This document shows positions 1-14,510 of a DNA stretch of 64,000 bases, in pieces. Made by a program: the position numbers and the translations under genes. Origin of the DNA: Azolla caroliniana (taxonomy: Eukaryota; Plantae; Polypodiophyta); the NCBI GenBank assembly GCA_043228905.1, contig JBHGNT010000014.1, positions 7,998,001 through 8,062,000 of the forward strand. Reading direction: 5' to 3'. The notes beneath the pieces were generated by a model. That model was given only the letters and a program-made list of their open reading frames with translations. It was not told the origin of the DNA and ran no database searches. Positions within the stretch are counted from its first letter, which is position 1. Each line of letters starts with the position of its first letter.

Positions 1-1182
1 CGTCAACCACGCCCATAGGGCCGATCTGCCTCCGTGTACAACATTCGACTGTCGGGGGGGGGGGGGGGGGGTGCACTTGTTGACGCACCGACGTGGTTCT
101 CCTCTACAAGGAGCATTGACTGTAAGTCAAAAAATGACAGTGTATTCTCCCTTGTACACACAGCAGTTCGCAATGCTCCGAACTTCGACGCTAGTCCCCC
201 GAGACAGATCTGCACCATCTCGCCTTCCTCGACGTTCACATCGATAGAGGCTAAGGAGTCGCATATCTCTTTGATCTTCGAGGTGTAATCAGCCACCGAC
301 AAGTCGTGTTGTCGTAAGTTGCTCAGCTCCTGTCGGAGTTGAAGCTTCCTGGTTGTGGTGCTTGTGGCGAAAATCTTCTTTAGATTTCCCCAAGCATCCT
401 TCGGCGTTTTCACATCCCGAATATAGCTCAGAAGTTGTTTGCCCACACAAGACGCGAAGCAGTAGAGGATTCTGCTCACTGACTGTTCCCAACCCGGGAA
501 GTCTTTGTGTGTTGAATCAGGTGCTGTGTCATTTGCTCTGTCGACATAGCTCTAGTAACCGTGCCCGAGCAGGTATTGGTGCATCCTGTAAGACCAAGAC
601 ACATAGTTGTTTCTGTCGAGCTTCTCTGTTGGAAGCGAGCTAGCCATGCCTCTATCCATTTTGTTTTCCCTATTCCTTGAGAAGGTTAGGTTTTCTTCTT
701 TGAGCTAAGGTCGGCTGCAGAGGTTCTCAACCCTCCCACTCTGATACCATGTAAAAAGAATAGTGTGCGGAAGCAATAGAAAACCGAACATAGAAACGCA
801 GGTTTAATGGAGAGCTTGAATATACACACTACGCGAGAGAGAGAAAAAGAGAGAGAGAGAGAGAGAGAGTACACACAACCTCAATTCAAAATAATACTCA
901 ATCTGTACATAGGATGTGCTCAGTGAGGACTTTTATACAAGTCCATACGGACTGACAGAAGTACTGACACGTACTTCAATGCTCATAAATGAGCTCTACA
1001 CTAACTCCCAAAATATATTCCTATGCGGAATATCTTTTCAACGGCCTCGTGGTTTACGCACCGTTACGACTTCTCGTTGTGCACTGGTTTACGCACCGGT
1101 CCGCCCTCACCGATCAGTCCCAACCGATCCGGTCCTCGGCTTGCTCAACCGATCCAGCCGATGTTGAGCTTGTCTCTCAACA
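1..1182 (-). mobile_element. 5' end of a Ty1/copia LTR retrotransposon (5' LTR 750-1182, tRNA-iMet PBS 739-749, gag from about 659, runs off the window start)
   Basis: LTR bounded by TG...CA; PBS TGGTATCAGAG on the minus strand directly after it; gag reads MDRGMASSLPTEKLDRNNY...DAWGNLKKIF...LRQELSNLRQ, with an in-frame stop near 553. Confidence 0.85.
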
Positions 1183-2976
1183 ACGTGGAAAACCCTAATC
1201 GGGAAAAACCATGGGAACCCTAATCGGGAAAAACCATGGAAACCACTAGAAAGAGGGAGGGTACAATGGGAGATTCAGAGGAAACGACCTCGAGCTCTAC
1301 CTTCGCCAACCAGCGGTTACAACAGATACAAGTTCTGTATCTCTCTCACTCTCACTCTATACAATAAATAACAACAGTATTGCCCAAGTTATATTTATAC
1401 TTATATAACTTAGGGTCTATTTACAAATATGACCTCAACAGTCACATCGGAACATATTTACTATTCATATGCTCTGCCATGCTAGATGCCTTCTAGATCC
1501 ATCGGGTCCAGTTCCTTCCTTCATCTCGTCCGGTCCGGCTTGTCTGATTCTCATCCGGATCCCATCCGGAGGGACCGATTTCCCTTCACTTTCTGTCCAG
1601 GATTTTCTTCGGTTCTACACCATCAGCTCTCCCTTTCTCCTTTTGGAAGTGTCAGCAATTCTTTTGGAAGTGCCCAGGATTCCCACAGTAGAAGCATCTA
1701 GGCCTCCCTCTCAACTTCTAGCTCGTCCCCGATTTCTCCCGATTTTGGGGACTTCTATTTCAACCCCTTCCTCTGTTCATGTCACCTTCTATGACCATGA
1801 CCTTCAGGTCGGTCACGAGTTTCTTCATTCAGCAAGCTCGACTTCACCTACTCTAGGGATAAGTGTTTCCCTTTCGGTCCGGTGTTGCCGAATGTGACAA
1901 CGAGTGTTTCCCATCTATCCGAAAGAGATCCCATCAACAATAATGCTAATACCTCATCAGCAAGAGGTACTTCTACCATGCTGGAGGCATTCAGGTGCTC
2001 CACCATGTTGGAGGCATCATGATACCAGAGTCTCACGATCTTTCAGAACACTGAGACTTTGTTGACAGCATTCTTGTTCTCGAATATAATGTTGATCTTC
2101 TCCTAGAGGACATCTGCCTTGTTCTCTTCATTAAAGTTGTTTTATAGACTCATGTCTATAAAACACCTTATGTATGCCGTTGCTTTTAGATGCATGACTT
2201 CCCAAACCGATGCATCAATCTTGTCTGGCTTAGTGTTGCAGTATTGCACTAGCAGCCATAAGTCTTTGCACACGAGCATATCCCACATCTTCGACTTCCA
2301 CACAAACTAGTTGGAGCCAGTTAACTTGAACCTTCCACCGAGATGTTTGTCTATCGCTCTTATACCAGTTTGTTGAGAATCGACCGGCCACAACCGGTTT
2401 CACGTATGTGTATGCAGGTGCAAAGATTGGGAAAGATAGTGCACAAACAAAAAACAAGAAAAACAGAAGTACAGAGAAACAAGATATTTTACATGGAAAA
2501 CCCGAAAGGGAAACAGAATGACAAAGGTAAGAGGAATACAACGAGAGGGTTCAAGGCAACGACCTTGTGCTCTCCTTCGTCTAATAGACGGCGGTAGAGT
2601 TACAACTCTCACACTCTCTCTCTCTCACTCAGTTACAAAGGCAACCACCAACTATAACTATTCAACTATACAACAATGATCATTCACGCTTTCATAATGA
2701 TTGCCCTAGGTTTATTTATACTAATACAACATTCAAGACTATTTACAAATATAGCCCACATGGGCACATTAACTCTATTTACAGATATAGCCCCGAGTGG
2801 GCTTCAATCGAATCAACTATTAGCCTAATCGATTCTGATTCGATTATTCGGCCACGACCGAATCGAACAATCAGTTTGATTTTTCAACCTCAGTCGAGTT
2901 GCTATCAACCGATTCGGTTCTCCCTTTTCTTCAACTCGTGCTCCTCTTCCCATCTGGAGGGACCTGTTTCCTAACA
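1183..2976 (-). mobile_element. Internally deleted, degenerate copia element related to the 43569-48986 family (5' LTR 2371-2976, gag about 2345-1590, truncated second LTR about 1183-1588)
   Basis: LTR starts TGTTAGGAAACAGGTCCCTCCAGATGGGA versus TGTTGGTAGACAGGTCCCTCCGGATGGGA at 43569; PBS-like TGGTATAAGAGC; gag peptides EVPLADEVLALLLMGSL and the zinc knuckle CFYCGNPGHFQKNC match the intact copy; pol is absent. Confidence 0.75.
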
Positions 2977-3399
2977 CATACACACACATATCACATAGTC
3001 TTCCATTGCTTAATCACATACGTGATTAATTGCTCACATAATTAGATACTAATTAACCCTTAACTGATTACCTAATTATTAACATCTCCCAATTTTTGAC
3101 TTTGCTTATAACAACTCCAAGCATACATCGATGGGATATAGTCCTTTTATGTTGATGTATGGCTTTCAAATATCAGACCCAATTGACATTAATATACATC
3201 ACGATGTGTTGAGAAGTACACAACTTTCTAAGGGATAAGCAAGATATGTTGCATATTGCACATTAAAACACAATTCACGATAGACTGTGTTTTTATGCCG
3301 ACCATAATAAGCAACATCGTGTGTTCAACCCTAGACAGAAGGTATTTTTACGTATGCCTCAAGAATTCTAAGTCATTATCTACTAGTAAGTGCACAAAG

Positions 3400-3760
3400 A
3401 GTTTTGTGAACCTTTCATGGTCCTTGAAACGCATTGGTTCATTAGCCTATTGTCTTGTTCTGCTTGATGGTGTCTGGTTCTATTTAGTTTTTCATCTAAG
3501 TCATTTAAGAGAACTTCTTGTTTCTTGGAATAACACAATTACAACTAAGACTCTAATCACTTCTAAGGATTTACCTTAAACCATATGTACCAGAGAAAAT
3601 TCTCATGTTAAAACAATGCATTTATGTTCTAAAACAATCCGAGAATTTAAAATTAAATGGATGGATAAGTCTATGAAAGATACATGGGAACGAGAATACA
3701 CCATTAAAACTAACTTCCCTAACTTTTCATTGCAAGAGTGCAATATTTTAAAGAGGGCAT
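3400..3760 (+). pseudogene. Degenerate Ty3/gypsy integrase C-terminus with chromodomain remnant
   Basis: YLVFHLSHLRELL (HPVFHVSQL-like), followed by PEKIL...REFKIKWMDKSMKDTWERE...NFPNF and a purine tract. Confidence 0.55.
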
Positions 3761-6369
3761 AACAATAATTGATCAAGCACTAGTTTGTACCATAGTATTC
3801 TATACACGAGGGTAAAAGTGTGAGGGTCAATTGAGAGTGTAAAGAAGGGAGGATTACTTTAATCCTAGGGATTGAGACCCCTTGGGAGCCTTAAGTCTGG
3901 CTAAAAATATGAGACCTACCTATCCTCATTAGACCCATTATTCGATTACGTCAAGACTGTGATCTTGTGGTGAACAAACTCTTGTGGCGAGTGTGCCATT
4001 ACCAGCTACGAGTCGATGCCATGGCATTGATATGGGATGTCATGTAAGGCAAGGGTTCATCTCAATCCTTTCGCTTGGGAGTGGTTGACTGGATCAATAC
4101 CCTGCTTTTTCTCTCTATTTCCTTATTTTATGTTTACATTAGAAATAATCTCTAGTAGACCCTCTCTTGGCTTCTTGCTTGGGACACAATTTGTCACAAC
4201 AAGGCCCTCTTCATCTTTGTGGGTTATCTTAATTGGTCTTGCCATCTTAGAAAAAATCTTAAAAGTCCCTTGCTGACATTCGCTCACACATTCATTGATA
4301 TCTTTCACCTCTCTACACCACCAACCACACTACCTGCTTCATCCAATAGTTCAATGCCAATCGCTTCTTTGACTGCTTAATCAAGCACATTTGGTTGTCT
4401 AATAACCTCCTCTCCGGTTTGAAGCAAATGGAGCATGAAGAGTGGGTTGCAAATCTCTTTGGCTACCATTTTTGTGTCCCTACCTTGGTAATATGAGTTG
4501 TTCGAGCTTTCCCTCTTGACACATCTCTATCATTTTTATTCCAAAATTAGTGCTAACCAACAAGTTAGCATGTTCTTATGTACTAGCTATATTTAGATCA
4601 ATTCAAAGCGTGGCTCAACTGCATCCCCCAAGAGACGCAGATTTGGACCCACCCCATCTCCAACCATCTTGAAACTTTGAGGGCACAACCATTGTGGTGA
4701 TTCACCTCCCCTATTCATCAACACACCCAAGGTCGCCACTTTCTCCAACAACTCGCAACACACCCACCATCCATCTACATTCAACCTACTTTCTACACTC
4801 TGTACCCATTGGCTTGGTTTGATTTCCACACTGCTCAACAAAGGTGCGTTTTGCTTCTAATCAAGTGCCTAGTTTTTCTCAAACCTTACCATTTAAAAAC
4901 AACTAAAGAAAGGACATTATGGAACATTGATGATTTCCAACCACAACAATCTCCATATTCTGGATCTTGACATTCAAACTTCTACTTATTTTACTCTCCT
5001 TTACATCCATGCATTCCATTTGTTCAACCACCCTTGATGGGATCTAGCATTCAATCTCAACAGCCTCATTAAATGTGTAATGACAACGTACTATGGTTGT
5101 CTGACCAATGAGTTACCTTTAACTTACAATCACACTCCCTGACCATCTCTTCTTGCCACATGATGCCTTGTCAAGATAGATAACTCACCTAATTTTTGCC
5201 TTCACAACTCAACTTTCAAAAGTCCCATTTCCACCCCTCAAATTCCTCCACAAAACTCTCTGAAAACACTTTTAGTCATTCCATTATTGTTGTTCACACT
5301 TTATATCTATAAATATGTACTCCATGAATATAAGGCAGCCCAAAATTCGACTAAAAACTAAATTTATTATTTGCCTTTTTTAATCTCATGTACATAACAT
5401 CCTCAAACGTCTTGTTAGATTTAATAATCAATCTATTTAATTATTTTAAGTGTAGAATCAAGATTATGAAAAACAAAATATAAAGATAGCTAAAATATCC
5501 ATAATTATTATGCTTTTTCTCTTCTAGGGCAAAATAAGACTTATGAGTATCATCTCCAGAACCTGAGACACGGTAATACCATCCTACCAATTACCACGCC
5601 TTGGATATCTACAGGGTTGCAATAACATGAGATGTGTGAAAGATACTAATTTGTATAGGATGCCAGCCATAATCAATATGATACAAAGACAAAATCTTTA
5701 TAATACAAACAGGATGCCTGTTTGAGTAACTTGACTGCCAAACTAATAACATTATACAAGATTGGGAGCACATGATGGGGCTGAAAACTTCCTCCGTCTT
5801 TTTAGGTACAAGGTAAATCAAAGTATCATAAAGGGAGAAATCCACTTCATAAAGAAACCCTGCACAAAGAGGACTAACTTAGCAATTATCGAAGAAATCC
5901 TTACTCCCATTCAAAGTTCTTTGCGATCATCAAATTTAACATATCAGAACAAATCAGAAATATTGTAATGCACTGTAGGAATTTTAAAATATACTGCCTG
6001 AATTTCACATTCATATGACAGCTCTAGGAGAGAATGGACTTCCTACTGACTTAGCTACTCTTGTCATCCTCAGCACATTGGAGATGTACATAAAAAAACA
6101 CTTCAAGTTTGCATTTCCTGAATGATTGATGAGTCCTGAAGACATTGGAGCAACATTTCTAATGATCACCCTATTAAACCAGCAGCTCATAGTTTAAGCT
6201 GTATGATAGAATGGATGACATTTAAATAAAACATTATGAAGTTTAATGTCTCACAGCTTAGCAGGCTGATGGCTTGCACATCTCACATAAAACTTGATCT
6301 GGCAGCGGATTGATACAGTTTTCAAAATTGTATGCGAGATGGAAATGGATCAATCCCTCACACATGGAA

Positions 6370-6660
6370 CAACCCCTTCCTGCCCAAGAACATAAACAGC
6401 TTATTCAAAATCGGTGCTATCATCACAAGTTTGTATAAAAATGCTTCTATGGCTTATAAATGGCAAAATGACATTTCTCGTCAATCACGGTTTTTACGAT
6501 TTAATCCCTTGCACTTGAGGAAAACCCTTTCCTGCCCAAGAACAGAAAATGATCTATTCAAAATCAGAACTATCTAGGCAAGAACTTTGTTTCGAAGCAA
6601 GATGTTTCTGTGACTAGTAAATGGCAAAATGACATTTCTCCTCAATCACGGTTTTCTATT
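6370..6660. repeat. Diverged tandem duplication, about 150-160 bp x2
   Basis: CCTGCCCAAGAACA...TATTCAAAATC and AAATGGCAAAATGACATTTCTC.TCAATCACGGTTTT each occur twice about 150-160 bp apart. Confidence 0.7.
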
Positions 6661-8312
6661 GTTTAATTTACCTTTTAAATTTTAATTTAAATATCATATG
6701 TCCTTGAATACAATTGCTGCTTTCTCTATTCAAATTGTAGCAAACTTAGTGTGAATATATGTTTCATGAACACTTTTTACTCTTGAACTGGCTGGAGGTT
6801 TTTTCCTGAAATAAACATGTTAATTAACAGTTGGCCTTCCCACTTCATGATTTCTTGGTTTTAGTGTGACAGATTGGACCTATATTTCATAACAATCCTT
6901 GCAATTTACCTTATCCTAAAGATTCAACCAGTCCTCCAAGTATATAATAACCAGTTTTTTAATAGCATACCAGGCTTATAGAAAGTATTCATAGAAGAAA
7001 GCTCTCCAACGATTCTTGCATGCTCTTACTGAATTAATCTTATTTGATTAATCTCCTGTCTTATGCCTAATGCAATTTTTGGACCTCCAGACACAATATC
7101 CCCATTTCTCTCCAACCAAAAAGAGATCCTATAGTAGCACATTTTTTTAAATATATACTGTTGCCTCTAAAGATGCTACAATAAGTAAGAGATGTCACAA
7201 TTTGTGCTTATGCATGTGTCAAAGACTGCAATGCATAGGAAAAATCTCAGTATCTACCTACATCAGTAGATTTCATTTCAAGTTTAAAGTTGTAAACAGA
7301 TATGCATATACATACCTGTTTATAAATAATTATGTACATGCACAGACATATCAGTGTATATGCAAGGTTATGTTTCCTAGTTTTTGGTGAATCAAAAATC
7401 CACTTCGAATGATAAAGTTAACAAAAACTTCATATAATTTATTGTCATATGCCTAACATGTTATCCCTGAACTGTTGCCAACCATACTAGCTAAGTGCAC
7501 CCCAACGGCACATGCGTCGTTATCAGAAGTTTCAATGTGATATTGTACTGATTGGAAAACGGCAAAAACCAAGTCCCAATTCCGTCAAGAAAGAGAGGAA
7601 AGATTCAAATGGAGCTCATGAAAAGAATAAATCACATCAAATATGCTTGTAAGAGATAACTCCAGGCCAACGAAGGATAACTTATCAAAAACATTGTTAA
7701 CCACCAGTTCTTGTCTAATCTGTAGTTAAGTAGAAGAACCCAATACTCTCTGATGTGATAATTATGATTTGTGTTGTGCATACTGTGTGCTTCTATTTTG
7801 ATTTTTGTATTGAGACATTATATGCAACCATTTTGATGTATCAAGGCTCAAGCTTAATGACAAAGACAATGTGAAGATTTACCATGGTTATCACATTAAC
7901 TATGGTTAAAGTAGGTTTACTAAGGTGAAGAAGGTAAATTGCATGGAGCGCATTGGAGATAAGAGCAATGACTCAAGATCAAGCTAAAAATAGAAGAAAG
8001 AAGAAAGAAGAAATAGAGGAGTACAATTGAAGGCTAAAAATAAAAGAAAGACGAAATAGAGGAGCACAATCAAAGGAACTCTAAAAAAAGAGTAAAGAAG
8101 AAGATACATCAGAGGAAGGAAGCACTATATAGGGGGAAGGTCACATATTGAAGAGGATGCTTGGGGCTGGAGGCTAGAGGCTAGAGGTTCAATGTAATAG
8201 ATTTCTTATTAATCAATATTAGTGATTTATACCTATTTTCTTCTCCGTTCTTAGAATCTATTGGGATTAAAATTGTTGTTTAAGGTGAAGGATTAGAAGA
8301 GAATAGAGCTGT

Positions 8313-11300
8313 CTTGTAGATAACATCATTGTTGCGTACTATTTTTCTTTTCTCGGGATCCCACAGTCTATACCCCATTTCACCCTCGTCACTGTATCTT
8401 AGGAAAATACATTTGCAGGACTTTGGCTCAAGTTTGTTGCGTTCTTTGAAGGCAGCACGAGGATTAGGGTTTAGGTCAAAAACAGAGAGGGAGAGAGTCT
8501 GAGTGAGAGACAACGGGAGAGAGAGAGAGAGAGAGATGCACGCTGTACCAGTTTTTTGGTTTAAGTCAAAATGTGCTATGAGTGGGTTCACACTCGTGCA
8601 CTAATAAAAGGCACGATGGCCCTTTATTCCCAACAACCTCCCACCTGAAGGCACTGTGCCGTGAGAAGAAAAAAAAAAAGTCCGCTATATCCAAGTATGT
8701 ACAAAGCTGAACTACATACATCTATCCAACTCCCATCATCTGTCGGCAATGAGCAAATCACTCAGCTGGAAGACCCTTCGTGAGAAGATCTGCAGGATTA
8801 TTATTTGTATGTACTTTGACAAGCTCAATGTTCTTGCTGTCAAGTACATCTCTGATGAAGTGATACTTCACCTCTGTGCTTCATCTTTGCATGAAAGACG
8901 GGATTCCGAGCTAGCATGATAGCACTCTGGCTGTCACAATGAAGAATAAGTAACTCTATAATGCCAAGATCTCTCACTAGATATGAAAACCATAAAGCCT
9001 CTTTGCATGCCTCAGTGGCAGCAACATACTCTGCCTCTGTAGTAGACAATGCAACACACTTCCGTAGTCTGGAGATGCAAGAGACCGCTACTCCTATGAA
9101 AGTAAACACATACCCAGAAGTAGACTTGCTGCAGTCTGCGTGACCTGCATAGTCCGCATCTGTAAAACCAATGACAGATGCCTTTTGCTTTCCAAAGCAA
9201 ATGCCCAAGTCCTTTGTGCCTTTGAGGTATCTCATAATACCTTTCACCGCTTCCCAATGCTTTTTGCCAGGATTTGCCATGTACCTACTAACCACTCCCA
9301 CTGCAAAAGCAATATCAAGGCGTGTAGCAACCATCGCATATATCAAACTGCCAACTGCTGAAGCATATGGAACCTTAGCCATTTCAGCCTTCTCATCATC
9401 AGATGTAGGGCTGTCTTCTGCATTGAGTTTCAAATATGGAGGCAATGGAATCCCAATTGTTCCCCCCCCCTCCATATTGAAACGCTGCAAAACCTTAGAG
9501 ATATACTCCTGCTGAGTTAGAAAGAGTACCCCTTTCGACCGGTTTCGGAGTATTCGCATGCCAAGGACGTGATTTGCATCACCAAGATCCTCCATAACAA
9601 AGCTGCCATGAAGGCTTTGCTTCAATGAATCCAAGGCATGAATATCCTTGCCAGCAATCAACATATCATCAACATACAAAACCAAGATAATCAGGATGCC
9701 ATCTCCTGCCTTCTTGGTGTACAAGCAGTGGTCCACTTGACTTCTACGAAAACCTTGAGACTGCATAAATGCATCAAATTTATGATACCATTCTCTTGGT
9801 GCTTGTTTCAACCCATACAAACTCCTTTTGAGCTTACAAACCATCTTCTCTTTGCCTTTAGCCACAAAACCTTCAGGCTGCTGCATATATATGTCTTCAT
9901 GCAGATCGCCATGTAAAAAGGCGGTCTTGACATCCATCTATAAGAGCTCCATATCTTCAGCTGCAACTAAGCCCAAAATGATTCTTAATGTAGTCATCTT
10001 GACTACAGGCGAGAAGATCTCATAAAAAACAACTCCATATTCTTGCTTGTATCCTTTTGTATCCAACCTTGCTTTGTACTTTGGCGAGGAATCAGAAATG
10101 ACCTTTAGGCAACTGCACCAAATCCCAAGTGTTTTGTATGGAAGTGTTTTCTGCCCTTTAGGCAACTGCACCAAATCCCAAGTGTCATTTTTCTCAAGAG
10201 ATTCCATCTCTGACAACATGGCTTTATACCATTTTTCATTGTCCTGTCTGTCCATTGCTTCCTTGAAGCAAGTCAGTTCGCCACAATCAGTTACCATGAC
10301 ATAATCAGCCACATTGTTTGCATCAGGAACAAATCTGTCAGGCTGTCTAGTAACTCTAGACAATCTCCTAACCCAATGCTCATTGTTTGGTAACTGTTGA
10401 GCCTGCAAATCATCATTTTCAACTTGCTGTCCAGGCCTTTCAGCCTGCAAATCAGCATTAACAGCTTGCTGTTCTAGCCATTCCTGCACATTTGGTGGTT
10501 CATCATTATTGGCAAAGGCTGGCTGATCATTTCCAGCCTCATTTTCTGCATTTGCAGGTAAGTTTACAACAGGCGTTTGCTGCTGTACAACAGGCACATT
10601 TTTCTGTCTAAAAGGTATTTCTTCTCGGAATACAACCCTCCGTACTTCCTCAGTCTTTTCGGGTTGTTTATGCATGCGGTTTTCCTGGAAGATAACATCA
10701 TTGCTGCGTACTATTTTTCTTTTCTCAGGATCCCACAATCTATACCCCATTTCACTCTCGTCATCGTATCCTAGGAAAATACATTTGCAGGACTTTGGCT
10801 CAAGTTTGTTGCGTTCTTCTTTACGAATGTGCACAAAAGCCTCACAGCCAAACACTCTCAAGTGAGCATATGAAGGTGGCTTGCCCGACCACGCTTCTTG
10901 GGGTATTCCCCCTCCCAAAGACCTGTTAGGTGACCGATTAATCAAGTGAACAGCTGTCATAACAGCCTTTGCCCAAAAACCATGGGGTAACGCAGCATGA
11001 GACAGCATTGTACGAACCTTATCTTGAATAGTCCGATTCATACGCTCTGCAACTCCATTTTGGGGCGGATTATAAGGGGCGGTGAGTTCCCTCTTTATCC
11101 CTTTGCTGTCACAAAATGCTTGAAAGACCTTGGACACATATTCCCCACCATTGTCAGAGCAAAGACACTTAAGTGTCTTATCAATTTGATTCTCAACTAA
11201 TACCAAAAATGTTCGAAACTTGTCGAGCACTTCATCCTTGTTACAAATAGGGTAAACCCATACCTTCTGTGTAGCATCATCAACAAAAGTGACTAAGTAT

Positions 11301-12550
11301 TTCTTTCCCCCTAATGATAGCCCTGGCATCTGAATGTACTAACTCAAGCGGGGACGACTTCAGCGAAAGAGACTTTTTATGAGATGTTTGTACATGTTTA
11401 CCATAAATGTAATGATCACAATGTTCAAAATCATCATAATGAAGACATGGCAAGTAACCCAAACGAGACGATACTTTCATACCAGTTTCACTCATGTGTC
11501 CCAACCGGCCATGCCACAAAGAAACACTAGGCTTCTCAGTTATGGCAACAACATGGTCACTCACACTAGATACATGGAGAGGATACAAAGTATCACTTTT
11601 AATACCCTTGGCAATAACTCTAGATCCCTTACAAATCTTCCATTTCCCATCACCAAAGGTTGTGTGAAATCCATCATCATCTAGCTGTCCTGTGCTAATC
11701 AAGCTCTTCTTGAGCTGAGGTACATGCCGTACATGCTGAAGTGTGAAAGCAGAACCATGCTGAAATTGTAATTGCACAGTGCCAATACCTACAATTTCAC
11801 ATGCATAGTTGTCCCCAAGATGGACAACACCATGTCAACCCCCTGTGTAATCTGAAAACCACTCATGATGAGGAGTGACGTGAAAAGAAGCACCGGAATC
11901 GAGTATCCAAGTGTGAATGTCACCATCCGTATCTGCAAGTAAAGCATGTTCTCTATGGCATGATGAGACAAAGAGTACATCATTTCCACTATCACTATCA
12001 TGAGTGACTACATTCACCTCTTCAATTTTAGTATTGCCTTTCCTCAGTTGAATATCTCTCTTTTCTATGCAATCATCTATCTTCTTGCCCTTTCCTTTCT
12101 CTTTCTTCTATTTGAAACAATCATCAATTATGATTTCAAGGCAACCAACTGGCTGAAAATGGAATTGAACTCACTCAGGTGAGGGGACATGGGTGTGCCC
12201 TCTGTCATGCGCAAATCCATAAGTTTCTTAAGCCATTAAACTTTGCTAGCCGCCGTCTTCTGGGCATACAGTTCCTTTAGTCTAGTCTATATAGAATGGG
12301 CAGAGTCCAATCCTTCAATATTAAACAGCAAGGCATCAGAAATTGACAACTCAATAGTCGAGCATGCTAGCTCGTTCACCTCTTGCCAATCATCTTCTTA
12401 GTCTATATCTGTAGGCTTTACCCCTTTGACTTTAATAGTCTTTGCATGCTTCTTCTGCAGCAAGATGTTGTAGCATTGCTTTTTCCATACCGCAAAGTTA
12501 TGTGCACCCTCAAGCTTCTTGATGTGCATAAGGTGGCTATTGTCAAGCTG
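8313..12550 (-). mobile_element. Degenerate Ty1/copia element (gag about 12550-12180, protease/GAG-pre-integrase about 12000-11300, integrase 11329-9938, RT/RNase H 9937-8760, PPT about 8636-8647, truncated 3' LTR about 8450-8635)
   Basis: WILDSGASFH protease motif; DNGGEY and QNGVAERMNRT integrase motifs; MDVKTAFLHG, LYGLKQAPR, YVDD and ALSTTEAEY RT/RNase H motifs; PPT AGGTGGGAGG followed by TGTTGG. Multiple stops and frameshifts; 5' LTR missing. Confidence 0.92.
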
Positions 12551-14510
12551 GAAATCATTGACATTGTTTCCAATCATTCCAATTATTTGCCTTGTTAAGG
12601 CTCTGTCTCCACATTTCTAAAGTGGGTGAAATGATTGTTTGGTACTTAAGTGACCCTTGTACTACCAAACAGGTACAATAAATTAGGAATAAGAGTGAAT
12701 ATCTTGGAAAAACTGGAAGAGAGAGAAGGCATTTAAAGCGTTGCAGATTCTAGAGAGATGTCATTTAAAGAGTTGCAGATTCTAGAGACCTAGAGAGAGA
12801 AGAATCTAGGAAGAGATAATAAAGATGAAAGAGAGTGGACGTTTTTGTTAGATATAATCAATGATCAGCCCCAAGTTGTAAATCTATCCCCATATGTGCT
12901 CTTAGAGTGCACATTTTGTGATAGCGCCGCAAATGAGGAGCGGCTAGTGTGCAACCGATAAGGTGTTAATCTAGGAAACCGTAGATGCGTAGAACACAAT
13001 GGATTTAGGAAAGAGCGAAATAGGTAATAGGATTGGCTAATGAAGCCAACTAGAATATTTTGTGGGCAAGTTACAATGTACTTAGTCTTGAAGTATGTGC
13101 CATTGACTTCAAGATAAGTACTATCTAGCACTAGCTTATATCTAGGGAGTTGGGTCATATTAAATGACAAGTCAGTTGACAGAAAAGGAATATCTCCACT
13201 ACTATCAACTGACATGCGCATTTAATGTTACACTCAGACCAAACAGAGAATATAATCCACTCTCTTACACAATGGTGCATTGATCATCAGTCCCCACTAA
13301 TTTTGTAGTGAGCTGGTCCAGATCCCATCTAAGCTCTAAGGTGTGAGCGCATGGGTGAACTACCATTGTGAGCTACTCTCATATGTAATAGAAGTTTTGT
13401 TTTCATATATCCATCTCTGTGGTTGTAACTCTATATACCTATCTAATCGATTCTCAATATTTCTAATAGTTTTGAGCTGCCACCCTCCAACAAATGCCTT
13501 AGTGATTATAAGGGTTGCGTCCATCTCTGCCTGAATTATACCATGGGGCACCAATGCTTTGCTCCTTATCATGCAGGAAATCATTGACATTGTTTCCAAT
13601 CATTCCAATTATTTGCCTTGTTAAGGCTTTGTTTCCACATTTCTAGAGTGGGTGAAATGGTTGTTTGGTAGTTAAGTGACCCTTGTACTACCAAACAAGT
13701 ACAATAAATTAGGAATAAGAGGGAATGTCTTGGAAAAAGTGGAAGAGAGAGAAGCAATTTAAAGCATTGCAGATTCTAGAGAGAAGAATCTAGGAAGAGA
13801 TAATAAAGATGAAAGAGAGTGGAGCTTTGGAGTTGCCACCCTCCAACAAATGCCATAGTGATTATAAGGGTTGCTTCCATCTCTGCCCGAATTATACCAT
13901 GGGGCACCAATGCTTTGCTCCTTATCATGCGGGAAAAATCATTGACATTGTTTCCAATCATTCCAATTATTTGCCTTCTTAAGGGTCTGTCTCCACATTT
14001 CTAAAGTGGGTGAAATGATTGTTTGGTACTTAAGTGACCCTTGTACTACCAAACAGGTACAATAAATTAGGAATAAGAGTGAATATCTTGGAAAAACTGG
14101 AAGAGAGAGAAGGCATTTAAAGCGTTGCAGATTCTAGAGAGATGTCATTTAAAGAGTTGCAGATTCTAGAGACCTAGAGAGAGAAGAATCTAGGAAGAGA
14201 TAATAAAGATGAAAGAGAGTAGAGGTTTGGAGTTGACACCCTCCCACAAATGCCTTAGTGATTATAAGGGTTGCTTCCATCTTTGCCCGAATTATACAAT
14301 GGGGCACCAATGCTTTGCTCCTTATCATGCGGGAAATCATTGACACTGTTTCCAATCATTCCAATTATTTTCCTTGTTAAGGCTCTATCTCCACATTTCT
14401 AAAGTGGGTGAAATGGTTGTTTGGTAGTTAAGTGACCCTTGTACTACCAAACAGGTACAACAAACTAGGAATAAGAGGGAATATCTTGGAAAAAGTGGTA
14501 GAGAGAGGGG
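12551..14510. repeat. Tandem/interspersed duplication of a 360-400 bp unit (4 partial or complete copies)
   Basis: GAAATCATTGACATTGTTTCCAATCATTCCAATTATTTGCC...GTGACCCTTGTACTACCAAAC recurs at about 12551, 13577, 13936 and 14333. Confidence 0.9.

Noticed and set aside
54-71. Long G run / polyproline in gag
   Set aside because: Homopolymer slippage in a defective element.
1190-1245. Telomere-like AAACCCTA motifs
   Set aside because: Part of a short duplication within a copia LTR, not a telomeric array.
5500-6200. Possible host exons
   Set aside because: No consistent splice model or recognisable protein could be built.
7640-8300. Possible solo LTR with TATA box and purine-rich repeats
   Set aside because: No definable termini or TSD.
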